From the NCBI RefSeq assembly GCF_902459465.1, contig NC_047067.1:1550001-1614000 (forward strand): a stretch of 64,000 nucleotides of DNA. Reading direction: 5' to 3'. The translations under genes were made by a program, and so were the position numbers. Source of the DNA: Asterias rubens (Eukaryota). The notes beneath the pieces were generated by a model that was given only the letters and a program-made list of their open reading frames with translations, did not search any database and was not told the DNA's origin. Positions 51,373-61,355 of this stretch are shown one piece after another; position 1 is the stretch's first letter, and every line of letters starts with the position of its first letter.

Positions 51373-51751
51373 AAGTGGGACGCCCCTAAACCCCCCCCCC
51401 CCGGCTCTTCGTGTGGGCATGGTTGTGTTCGATCTGTACCGATTCTCGTACACAGCGATATTTAACTCTCAATAGAAAACACAATCACACGTCTTTAAAA
51501 CTTTGATGAATTCAGCCGGTAGAGAATAACCACACTATAGTCTAATCGTTAATAATAAATACCCGGTGCATATAACTTAAAAGAACCACTGGGAGTTCAA
51601 TGGGAACAAGCCTACACCAACATTCACTTGGAGTTGGACAACTACTCCAAGCAGTTGTTGTCATCTCTGGCCTCATTCTTCCCCAAAAGAAGTAGGATTT
51701 AGTTTAAAGACTTGTGATCTATGGAGGAGTGTATTTTGGGGTGATTAGAAG

Positions 51752-51814
51752 ATGCGAGTTACTATGGAGAAGTCAAGTCTACTCCCAGTTAGTGTCCTGG
51801 CTTACGGTGCACAG
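51752..51814 (+). CDS. Candidate first coding exon (MRVTMEKSSLLPVSVLAYGAQ) of the 53300-54898 gene
   Basis: Two in-frame ATGs after an in-frame TAG; strong donor CAG|GTAAGG at 51815; phase 0 matches the 53300 acceptor. Confidence 0.5.
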
Positions 51815-52435
51815 GTAAGGCCGACTTGGTTGCAGTCGAACCGCAGGCTCTCGTGCTGTCGTACTTGTTAATGTTTCACCTTGGTGTTTTAAAGATACAG
51901 TAGAGCCCGACATCAATGTTTTTAGGGGAAAGTATATTAACTTCCATCTTTAAGCAAACAATCCAAACAAACAACCCGTAACGCCATCGGTGAGGCAACA
52001 AGCGGTTTATGTTTTGCGTTGTTTTTCGTATATACGTTTGTATTGTACTGGTATTAAATTAAGTAAACGAAATAGCCTACCGGTGTTTTGCGTTCTCTTG
52101 ACACAACTGTTTATTAACTTATGCATGAATTATTTGTTTTTAATTAGGGAGCATTCAGTGTTTCTCCCAACTTGCTCCCCGCCCCCTCTCCCCCAATACA
52201 AATAGTATCTGGTTACGCTACCGCTGGGGATATTTGTCTAGGATGAAACAGCGTCATTCGGACAGCTATAGGACAAAATATCTTGAAAATTCCACTTTCA
52301 TTATTTAAATTTTATAAGTCAAAATGTAAAGTAAATTTATTTATTTTTCCTTTTTCTGTGTATAAGTTCCTTCCATACCTTATTTTAAATCCGATTTTTC
52401 TTCAAAGTATTCAGATTTGTGAGCTTGGTGATCAA

Positions 52436-52594
52436 GGCCCAATTCCTTGCTAAGAAAAAAAATTAATATGACAGTACCAGTCACTACGATATTATAATTT
52501 AATGTAGTTTTGGCTGGTAAACTTTTTCTGTTAGCAATATTTATATGTACTTAGCAAGTATTTGTGCTCATGCAGGCTTTATGAAATTTGGCCC
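52436..52594. mobile_element. Family D-like MITE
   Basis: ggcccaattcc ... gctttatgaaatttggccc ends. Confidence 0.55.
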
Positions 52595-53299
52595 TGTACG
52601 GAGTGTCAGAATGTATGAAAAGGTATTTTTCTTGATACGCGATATCGTCTGATAAGACTGAATTACAAGCCGTAACGGTTCATTGCCGCTTTACCTCAAA
52701 CACTATACAGAACTGAACAATGAAGACAAAATACCTCCATCTTAGGAAAAACATTTGTAAGTGATTTTGAGATTGTTTGTGTTCTTGGTAAATGTCGAGT
52801 GCTGGATCGGTTACGTTTAAACTACGGATACAACATAAACGTTTGATCAAATTCTTTGTAATTTAAGTTGTTTGTTGGAGAAAGTCGTGATTCACGAGAC
52901 AAACAACTTGTATGTACTTTGTCACGTACAATCGTGCAAGGAATCTTGGAAATTACATCAACCAGCCCGAAATTCTGAAAGTTACTGTAAAACAGTAGTG
53001 GCTCAAAAAAATATCTGGTTCGCAGAAAGTGACGCAGGAATTATACCATAAATTATATAAACTTGATCGAGAAGAGGTTACAACGAAGAGTATCAATGAA
53101 GTTAAAAGACTGACGTCATGAGATATGGATCGGTGTCCTCCCCCCCCCCTCCCCACCTCTCGCGGGTTCTCGAAATCAGAAAGAGGAACATGATCACGGA
53201 GACTCTGTAAATCTAATTCAAGCACCCGTAAATAATTGAAATAAATGAAGATTGATTGTGTTTACATAATCATATTGTGTTCGTTTTATTTTGCTGCAG

Positions 53300-54898
53300 C
53301 TGCAAGATGTCAAGATGGCGGCCTGCTTCATGATCAAGAATCCCCAGGATGCATCTATATACGTCACGGGACTTCCGGTTAACAACTCATGGCCCTCAAC
53401 CACCAATACATCAAGTGGAGCCACAACGGAGTCCAACGACACGTCAGGCAACGGGCAGCAACCACGACCAGCACCGGGCAGCCCTGGGAAGCGGTATTGC
53501 CCCGTGCTGGCCGTCACTCGTCGAAGCTTCCAGGGGCACTTGAACCCAGTGGGGACTCCACAAACCCCGCTAGAGTCACACAGGTATATGCCGCTTACAG
53601 CTGATACCTCCAAGGAACCCTTTCTACGAGATAACTTCTCAAAGTCTGCCCGGACATTTGGAAAACCTGTTCCACCAAGTGACATCCTGAAGAGTAGATC
53701 TGCTTTTCTGTCTTCAAGTGCAGCGGCGAAGTCAAGGTCCTCATTTCTGACCAAGTCCAAGGTGGACATGAGGACGGGTTTCATGAGGCTCCTGTCCCGA
53801 CCAACACCGGGTGAACTTGACTTGAAGTACCACCGTGAGTCCCAGGAAAACAGTGCCAAAGGTAGACGGAGTAGGGATGCCTCAGGACCCGATCCAGATA
53901 AGTTAAGTATGACTGAGATCATGCGAATGTTGAAAAGCAAATCCGAGACTGGGAAACGTACGATACTGGATGCCCGAAACACTGATGGCTGCCAAGAACC
54001 CAACACTACCTCCCGACCTGACGATGATGGTGGGAAGGGTGTGAATGTGCCAACTCAAAGCAGCTCCCGTCTACAAAAACCAACATCGAAAGCTTTGAAC
54101 TACACGCACGAGAGATGTGATGTGGTGGGATGTGAACCACCGCTTGTTTCAAGCAGAAACAGAAAGCACAAACTCAGGCTGCAGGCTCTGTACTCGCAAC
54201 AGCATCAATGTCAAGCAAGGGGAACAGTATCCAGTGAAGTCATCACGCAGGGTCGACCATGGAGGGACCACGACCGACGGGTTGTCGACAGGATCAGTCA
54301 AAGACTTTCCCCACCGCGCAACGAGGTGTCGACACGTGTCAACAATCTCTCCTTGGATAGTCTTGATGACGACGGTGCCCTGTCCTCGTGTCATTCTGAG
54401 TCATGCAGTGATTGCTGGAGTAGTCGTTCGAGCGATTCTGGCGACAGGAACACACCGCGGAGCACTGCAGCACTCCTCTTGCAACAGAACCATCAAAAGG
54501 AGCGACACCACTGCCGAACGTGCACCGGGAGGAAGGGGCGAGAACACCGACGGTCGTCCCGGCCCGTCCGGCACATCAGCTCGGGAACCCACCCCACAAC
54601 CAACAGCGAGGAGATGGACAACTGGGATCCTCTCGGACCGAGTCACCATAGAGTTGAATTCGCCGAGTACATTAACATCATTCACCCCATGAGACCACCG
54701 GCCAACTCGCCTGTTAGTGTCGTATCCGAGGACGAGTACGAACTTATGAATATGGATGAGGAGACTGACCAATGGTCGATGAGTTATCGCACGAAAGGCG
54801 CCAGTAGTATTAGTTGTTTAGCTAAGGGTAAAGTTAGGATTGAATCAGACGGGGAGAGCAAGGCAAAAATTAACATTTTCTTGCCACAAATGAAATAA
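53300..54898 (+). CDS. Uncharacterised Ser/Arg/Thr-rich protein, main exon (527 aa from ATG 53315, or 549-553 aa if spliced to 51752/51764-51814)
   Basis: Long ORF. Strong acceptor ttcgttttattttgctgcAG at 53298-53299. The ORF-track start at 53291 is a TTG inside the intron. First in-frame ATG has context aagATGg. Confidence 0.8.
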   Translation: MQDVKMAACFMIKNPQDASIYVTGLPVNNSWPSTTNTSSGATTESNDTSGNGQQPRPAPGSPGKRYCPVLAVTRRSFQGHLNPVGTPQTPLESHRYMPLTADTSKEPFLRDNFSKSARTFGKPVPPSDILKSRSAFLSSSAAAKSRSSFLTKSKVDMRTGFMRLLSRPTPGELDLKYHRESQENSAKGRRSRDASGPDPDKLSMTEIMRMLKSKSETGKRTILDARNTDGCQEPNTTSRPDDDGGKGVNVPTQSSSRLQKPTSKALNYTHERCDVVGCEPPLVSSRNRKHKLRLQALYSQQHQCQARGTVSSEVITQGRPWRDHDRRVVDRISQRLSPPRNEVSTRVNNLSLDSLDDDGALSSCHSESCSDCWSSRSSDSGDRNTPRSTAALLLQQNHQKERHHCRTCTGRKGREHRRSSRPVRHISSGTHPTTNSEEMDNWDPLGPSHHRVEFAEYINIIHPMRPPANSPVSVVSEDEYELMNMDEETDQWSMSYRTKGASSISCLAKGKVRIESDGESKAKINIFLPQMK

Positions 54899-55120
54899 TT
54901 TTCAAAATAATAAAATAATAATAGGCCTACTATGATGCACTCCTAAAATTATGTCCATCGTAATAAATAGGTATCTCCATCAGAATGAGCAATGATGCTC
55001 TTTACAACTGCGTCAACGAAGACGGTTATAGTGCACCCTCTTGGTGTCATGTATAATAGACAGAAAGGTCTCATTGTGGTTTTGCCTGATGACCCAATGG
55101 TTTCATTCGGCGATTGTTGT

Positions 55121-55246
55121 GGCGTGTCCGAATTCGCGGCTACATGTAGATTTCTGCGTCATCATACGTTGACGTAAATAACGTCCTTAGCAACATCGTA
55201 AGCAACAGCCGTAGCCGTTGCTGTAGACGTCAATTCGGATACGGCC
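55121..55246. mobile_element. Small MITE, TIR GG(C)CGT(A/G)TCCGAATT
   Basis: Imperfect inverted termini; internal tagcaac repeats. Confidence 0.55.
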
Positions 55247-55925
55247 TAAGTTACACAGACAAAAAGACGCGTACAAAAAATATACCATTTGGATCAGTTG
55301 GTACCCATGATAACCTTAACATACAATGGTCACATGAGACACAAACCAAGAGGTGAAAGGTAAATCTCTGATCATTTCGGAAATGAAATGTTGGTTCCCA
55401 GACATCTTTCACAAGCCTCGGGGTGTGACGTCATAGGAACTAGGCATACTCCTACTAACTCCCTTTAATGTCCAACATTGTGTCATTTTTAATGGAAAGT
55501 GTTATTTCTTAATAATTATTACCAATACGTCAAATGAAGCCATATAAGCTGGCGTGTACCATAATAATATCATTCATCGCTACGATTGCCATGATCGTAA
55601 ACCAAACATCATTAATCTGGTTAGCGCATCTGCTTAGCATGAAAAACTCTTGCTTCGTAGACGAAGGTAATACCAGCCAAAACTGCAACTGTTAGTATGA
55701 CTTGTGTCCTGGTAATCATTTTTGTCTAGCTAATAAATAATGTTCGGTAAATTTGGCTTCTTTTCAGCCGTATCAATCATTCCAAGATTTATACACGGTA
55801 AAGCATCATTTTATGAACATGAATTTTAGCTTAAATGTCTTGCTAACCAATGAAATATGCTTACGGTAGTATGAAATTGCGTGTTCTAGTCAGCACCGAT
55901 CCTTGGCTCAAAGCATTGGGATCTG

Positions 55926-56496
55926 GGCCTAATTTCATATAGCTAGCCGCTTAAGCACAAGAGTAGATGAGTACAACAACATTATGCTTATCACAATGGT
56001 TACCAACCAACTGACATGTCACATTATACAATTTGTAACTGGTATCCTGGTCATCTTTGCTTAGCAGAAAATCGTTAAAGGAACACGTTGCCTTGGATCG
56101 GTCGATTTGGTATTTGAAAATCGTTCTGTAACCGTTTGTTGTAAAATGTGTATGGTTAGAAAGATATTGTAAAAGTAGAATACAATGATCTACACAAGTA
56201 TGCCTCGAAATTGCGTGGTTTTCTTGTTACCCTGTCGACTAACACGGTCGGCCATTTGTGGGAGTCAAAATTTTGACTCCCATAATTGGCCGACCGTGAT
56301 AGTTCGCGACGTAAAAGGAAAACCGTGCAGTTTCGAGTGATACTTGTGTGGATCATTATATTCTACTTTTAAAACATCTTTCTATCCATATGCATTTCAT
56401 AACAAACGGTTTCAAACGCTTTTAATAGACCAACTCGTCCGATCCAAGGCAACTTGTTCCTTTAAGCAATTTTAAGCAGCTCTGTGAAATTGGGCC
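55926..56496. mobile_element. PIF/Harbinger-like MITE family D (TIR GGCC(C/T)AATTTCA) hosting a family B copy
   Basis: ctg-ggcctaatttca at 55923 and tgaaattgggcc-cag ending 56499. Confidence 0.7.
56079..56461. mobile_element. Family B MITE nested in a family D element
   Basis: TTAA at 56075-56078 and 56462-56465; complete TIRs. Confidence 0.88.
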
Positions 56497-56848
56497 CAGG
56501 GTTTGATTGTGTGAGTGAAGCAATACGAAATGCTCATAAAGTATTGTGGAATTAATGAAGTATTATGGATTAATGATATTATATAAAACTTAATTTTATG
56601 CACAAATTGTTACGCATCAGCTCTATGGTAATAAATCATAAACAAATATGGAATATTCTTTATGAGAGTGGCTCCAATAGTTTTTATTTTTCTTCATAAA
56701 CAATTGTTTTGTTTATCCACACTATTTACCACGAAATCCAAGGACTCTTGCCAAGTCAGTTGTTTGAAAAATGGATTATGTTGTTACTCGTGATTTCCTC
56801 TTTCTTCTAACTAACCAACACTAAAAGTGGATTTGTGTGTCTGTTTTT

Positions 56849-57168
56849 GGTGTGTTGTGGCCGAGCGTTCTATAGGGCTGCAGGACTCAGGTTCTGTATA
56901 GCTTACAGATTGTGGGTTTGAATCTTGGCTGGCTAGGCGCGACATTTGTGTTCTTGAATTAAACAAGGCACTTGGTCATAATTGCTTTTCTCCACCCAGG
57001 AGTACAAATGGGTACCGGACGAGAGTAGGGGAGTAACCTGCGATGGACTGGCATCTTCTTGTCAAGGGGGAACATAAACATTCTCAGTCAGTAATTTAAT
57101 TCCAAGAAAACGGGATATAAACACCGGTCTGATGGGCCATATTGGCTTGGGACAGACTTTACTTTACT
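56849..57168 (+). mobile_element. tRNA-derived SINE with conserved central domain and (ACTTT)n tail
   Basis: A-box-like tggccgagcg; B-box-like gggtttgaatct; tctccacccaggagtacaaatgggtac core; gactttactttact end. Confidence 0.75.
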
Positions 57169-57527
57169 ATCAAGTGGACATCTTGATAGTAAGAATGGAC
57201 AGCTATCCCCATTTGTTTTTTGCTATCCTTGAAAAAAAATATATTTCGTGTTAAAAACATTGTGGGGTTAATTTCCCATTGTAGAAAAAACAAAAAACAT
57301 TACAGTTCCCATCAACCACACAATTCTACCTTGTACGAATGGACTTGCTGTTTGTTCGTCTGCAGGCAGTTTGGCAAAAATTGTGTAGGTATTCCAAAAC
57401 CTATTGTCCTCTCATCCAAAACTCACTATTTCCATTATTCCTTCACCCAAGCTCCCATTTGTATCATTTTGTAGAAAACAAACAATAACGTTAAACTTGT
57501 CAACTTGAAGGTGAACAGTGATGCATT

Positions 57528-57541
57528 GCTACTATGACAAC
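57528..57541 (+). promoter_or_regulatory. X-box-like site upstream of the candidate first exon of the 614-aa gene
   Basis: GCTACTATGACAAC, one mismatch to GTHNYY-AT-RRNAAC. Confidence 0.35.
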
Positions 57542-59744
57542 CAGCCTCCCTACGAGCAAATATTGCCTCTCCTTGAATGAAACGCATTTTATATTTGGAC
57601 GATAATGTTAATCAAACAATGGTGTAGTGAATTAATACACGTGTTTACTTGTAGGGGGACACCAGTTGTAACATATCAGATCACGTCACACGATACTTAG
57701 CGATAATCAGCGTTGAATGCTCGACCGTAGATTGGGTCTCCTGCTCCGCGTCTAGTTCGTGTTTCGTGGCTCAATGTTTGTCTTTGCGTGCGTGAGGGAC
57801 ATGTACACGAAATCGAGTCACACAAACAAAATAACAGTATTTGTGTAGCGACCGAGGTGTTTTATTTAGCTCAACTTTTTTAATGGACAATCAAAGGTAC
57901 ACATATTTTTTGAGGGCTGGAAACTGATTTGATTTTCAGCATTTGAGCATTGTTTGGATGAATGGATTCAAGATTTCGTGTCACTGCTGGAGCGTCATTT
58001 CTGGTGAGTTTCATTTTTTTTCTTTTTTGGTTTTCTTAAATTTAAACTTTAATTGCTAAAAGCAGTGGCGGAAAATATGGCTACTTATTCATTTTGTTTA
58101 ATACAACACCATGAATATACCTTATGACAAGCTAAATGCTCAACTGCCAAACAAATGTGTTTTAACCTTGTATATATATATTATTTTCAATGATTTAATT
58201 TTGAAACAATAGAGTTCCAACTTGCATTTAGCATTGTAATTAAGCTTTTAGACTGCAAAAATTAGCCGAGGGGTAGGCCCTAGATGGCAGGGCGCGGGGA
58301 CTGGCTTGGGATGTGGGTAATGGTTGGATGGTTTGTTGACATCCCGTAGTTTAGAAAGTTTAAGTTTGGGTTAACAGAAAAGCTTGTTCCTTTAAGTGAA
58401 ATAATAATCGGCAACTCTGAGAAGTGTTCATGCAATAGCTGAAGAGTTTTGAGAAGAGAATGTAAACATGGCCCTCTCTTGTCAATGTTTCGTGAACTTT
58501 CTCATACATTGCATGCAACTTGCATTTATGTATTCACATGTCTTTCCTAAATCATATGGACAAGTACGGTACTCGTACGGGATTCGAACCTACGACCTTT
58601 GACATTTCATACAGCAGATCTGAGACTAAATTTTGAAATCTTTTCAGTCATCCATTTTCCCAATCGACCAACACAAAACAATATAGGTTAAACGGCTATT
58701 TCATGCCTGACTCAAAACAAAGAAGTAGATGCCGCTCTTTTGTTTAATTCACCGCAAAAACTGACATTTTGAAAGAGAGGTTTCCATTTATATTTGGTGT
58801 GTCTCCGTTCTTGAAATCTCAGGAATTCTTCAGGGAATTTTAGAGGGGTACCTCTGTACAAGAAGAAATTGTTAAAGCATCAGGGGTTACCCTCTGCCCC
58901 CATATCGGCATGGCAACACTTCAAGCGTACATAAAATATTTAGTCTGGTGACCATGACAAGAACTACATACTTACAATACGTTTGTGTTGTACTCTAACA
59001 GAGAGTAATACCAACAAGAGCAAACGCGTAAGTAATGGACGGTTGGGTTGGTGGGTTGGAGTTTTTGAGATGGGGGGGGGGGGGGGGTGGTAAACAAGGG
59101 TAAGGGATAAGGATACTTCAACACCCTTACAAACTAATTGTTCCCATTATAGAAACAGGGGGGCTAAATGGCAGTATAATCATTGGTACCTTCAAAACTT
59201 CTGTGTGTATATTAGCAAGCTCAGAATCTCCCTTGTTCTTAATCAAACAACATCACCACTAATGTCTACCCTCTAATCCACACTGGCTCTTACCTCCAAA
59301 GTGATCAAACATCAATTATCTTTATGTCATGTTTAGTTTGGGTGTCATCACCTCCCATCATGCAAGATAGAAGGTCAGAAGTCAGACAAAGAGGGGGTAT
59401 TTGGTCAAGGAACTATAATGCATCTGCAGTTCTAAACTAAGCTCATTACATACGGAGGATGTATCTGTTGTAGCCATGACTATCGGGAGGTTTTCTTGCC
59501 GTGCATGTTTTATGTTTTCTGGAGAAGGGTGAAACTTTTAACATTCTGAATTGACGGGGAATTCTGATGTATAATAACTAGAGTGTTTTGACATCATAAC
59601 CGGAAGGAGCTTTAGTATAATGGTAGGGTATATTAGTTTTAGGGTATTAATATTTTATGTTGTATTGTGTTTGGTTTACTATTTCCATCGGAAATGGTGA
59701 CTCGAACGACAGGCTTCATTTCTACTTTGCATTCTTGGCTAGTG

Positions 59745-59989
59745 AGTGAGATTTTAAAAACTATTATATAAGACTGGTTGTACTATCTTATGTAGAGTTC
59801 TCCCGAAGCCCTTATTCGGCATCTGAAAGCACACAAATTTGTGCAACAATGGTGTTTTCCTTTTATTATTCTCTTGCAACTTCGATGACCAATTTGAGTA
59901 CAAATTTTCACAGATTGTTATGTATATGTTTTGATACACACCAAGCGAGATTACTGGTCTTTGAGAATTACCAAAGGTGTCCAGTGCCT
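59745..59989. mobile_element. Family A right-hand fragment
   Basis: gcatctgaaagcacacaaatttgtg ... ccaaaggtgtccagtgcct. Confidence 0.7.
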
Positions 59990-60516
59990 TAAATTTAGGT
60001 AGCTACAAAGTCGGACCATGGTAACACACTTGAGTATTTTTCATAAGAGTATGGTGTAACAAAGTGCCACACAAATTGTGTGTCGTTGGATTTTTAGTCG
60101 ACATTGTGTTGTATCCTTCAAATCGAATACAATCGCAACAAACGAGCGATTAATTTTGAATAAATCAAATTACGAAAAACATGAATCTCTTTAATTGATA
60201 GACTTTGCATATAAAACTGTGTTACAGCTATCGATAAAATTGACTGTTGTCCCCCCTTTAAAGCATAACGAGACAATAGTTGCATTTTTTATCATTTTCG
60301 AGGATCGCCAAAAAGTTTAAACAACTGTTCCAAGGACAGATTGGGGTTATTAAAGCTTATCATACTGGTACTTTGATCATTTGAATTGTCAAGGAGTGCT
60401 GGATTAATTGCCAGCAAACTATAAATGCAAATAGATTGAAATCATTAAGGTGACTGTGTATTTTGATTAGAACTGCTGACTTTTGAGGAAACTGTTAATG
60501 TTTAATCCGGAGCTAC

Positions 60517-61110
60517 GGTAATCTTGTGTCTGACCGGGTAAGAGCACCAGACTCAAGCTCTGATCGTTCTGATCAGGAGAGTATGGGTTCCAGTCCTGCT
60601 CGTGGCATTTGTGTCCTTGAGCAAGCTACGTTAATTGCTTTGTCCTAAGATGGGCCGTGAAAGGATAGTACACTTAAAAGAACACAAATGTGGAAGACGG
60701 TTTAACCCCGTTGTTTCTGGTTCATACTAGCAAGGTTCTGGTTCTTACTAGCAAGGTTATGGGCCCAATTTTATAGCGCTGCTTAGCCGACGATTTTGTG
60801 CTTACTTAGCAATTTCTATTTCATTGCGCTGCTAACCGTAAGCGCACGAAAAGGCATCGCTAACCTTCCGGTGCTTACCGCACGAAAATAAATGACGTCA
60901 CAATGCAAATCCACGGTAAACACGAAATATTGCCGCCCAATTTTTCTGCTAACCTGTGAAATACGCTAAGGCTTAAAAAAAAAATCTGCTACAGTAAGCA
61001 CGCAAATTTGGTTACCGTTAAGCAGCGCTATGAAATTGGTCGCTGGTTCTTACTATAGCAAGCACCCTTGTTTACAGGTTTCTTCGGGCTAGCGAGCTAC
61101 AGTGATGAAG
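60517..61110 (+). mobile_element. tRNA-derived SINE remnant interrupted by a MITE
   Basis: gtctgaccgggtaagagc A-box-like; gggttccagtcc B-box-like; gtgtccttgagcaag core. Confidence 0.65.
60761..61042. mobile_element. Family D-like MITE inserted into a SINE
   Basis: TIR gggcccaattttatagcgctgctta / aagcagcgctatgaaattggtc; flanked by repeated ctggttcttacta(ta)gcaag. Confidence 0.7.
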
Positions 61111-61355
61111 TTCACTTTATGATGAATCATTGATTTCATTACCAGAACTAATGCAAGTAGACCTACTGCAAATAGCTTTTGCGCCCTGTGCTCGTGCCTA
61201 GAAATGTTCAAAATAATAAGTATACCACCCTAAAAACAAACACATTCGCTACTACTTTTAATAATAATTGTTATGTGTTATTTTCGTTTGATTTTTTTCC
61301 AGATCTGACCCACTAACAACGGCAATGACCTCATAAAATATCACTCAAATAAACC

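Noticed and set aside
53218-54772. Antisense and alternate-frame ORFs (262, 191, 123 aa) over the 53-kb gene; similar ones over 42.3-43.8 kb and 61.4-63.2 kb
   Set aside because: Expected shadows of long GC-richer sense ORFs; no independent splice or start support.
58570-58600. tRNA gene suggested by GGTTCGAATCCC on the minus strand; similar boxes at 23973 and 56910
   Set aside because: Only isolated B/A-box remnants with no cloverleaf; SINE-derived.
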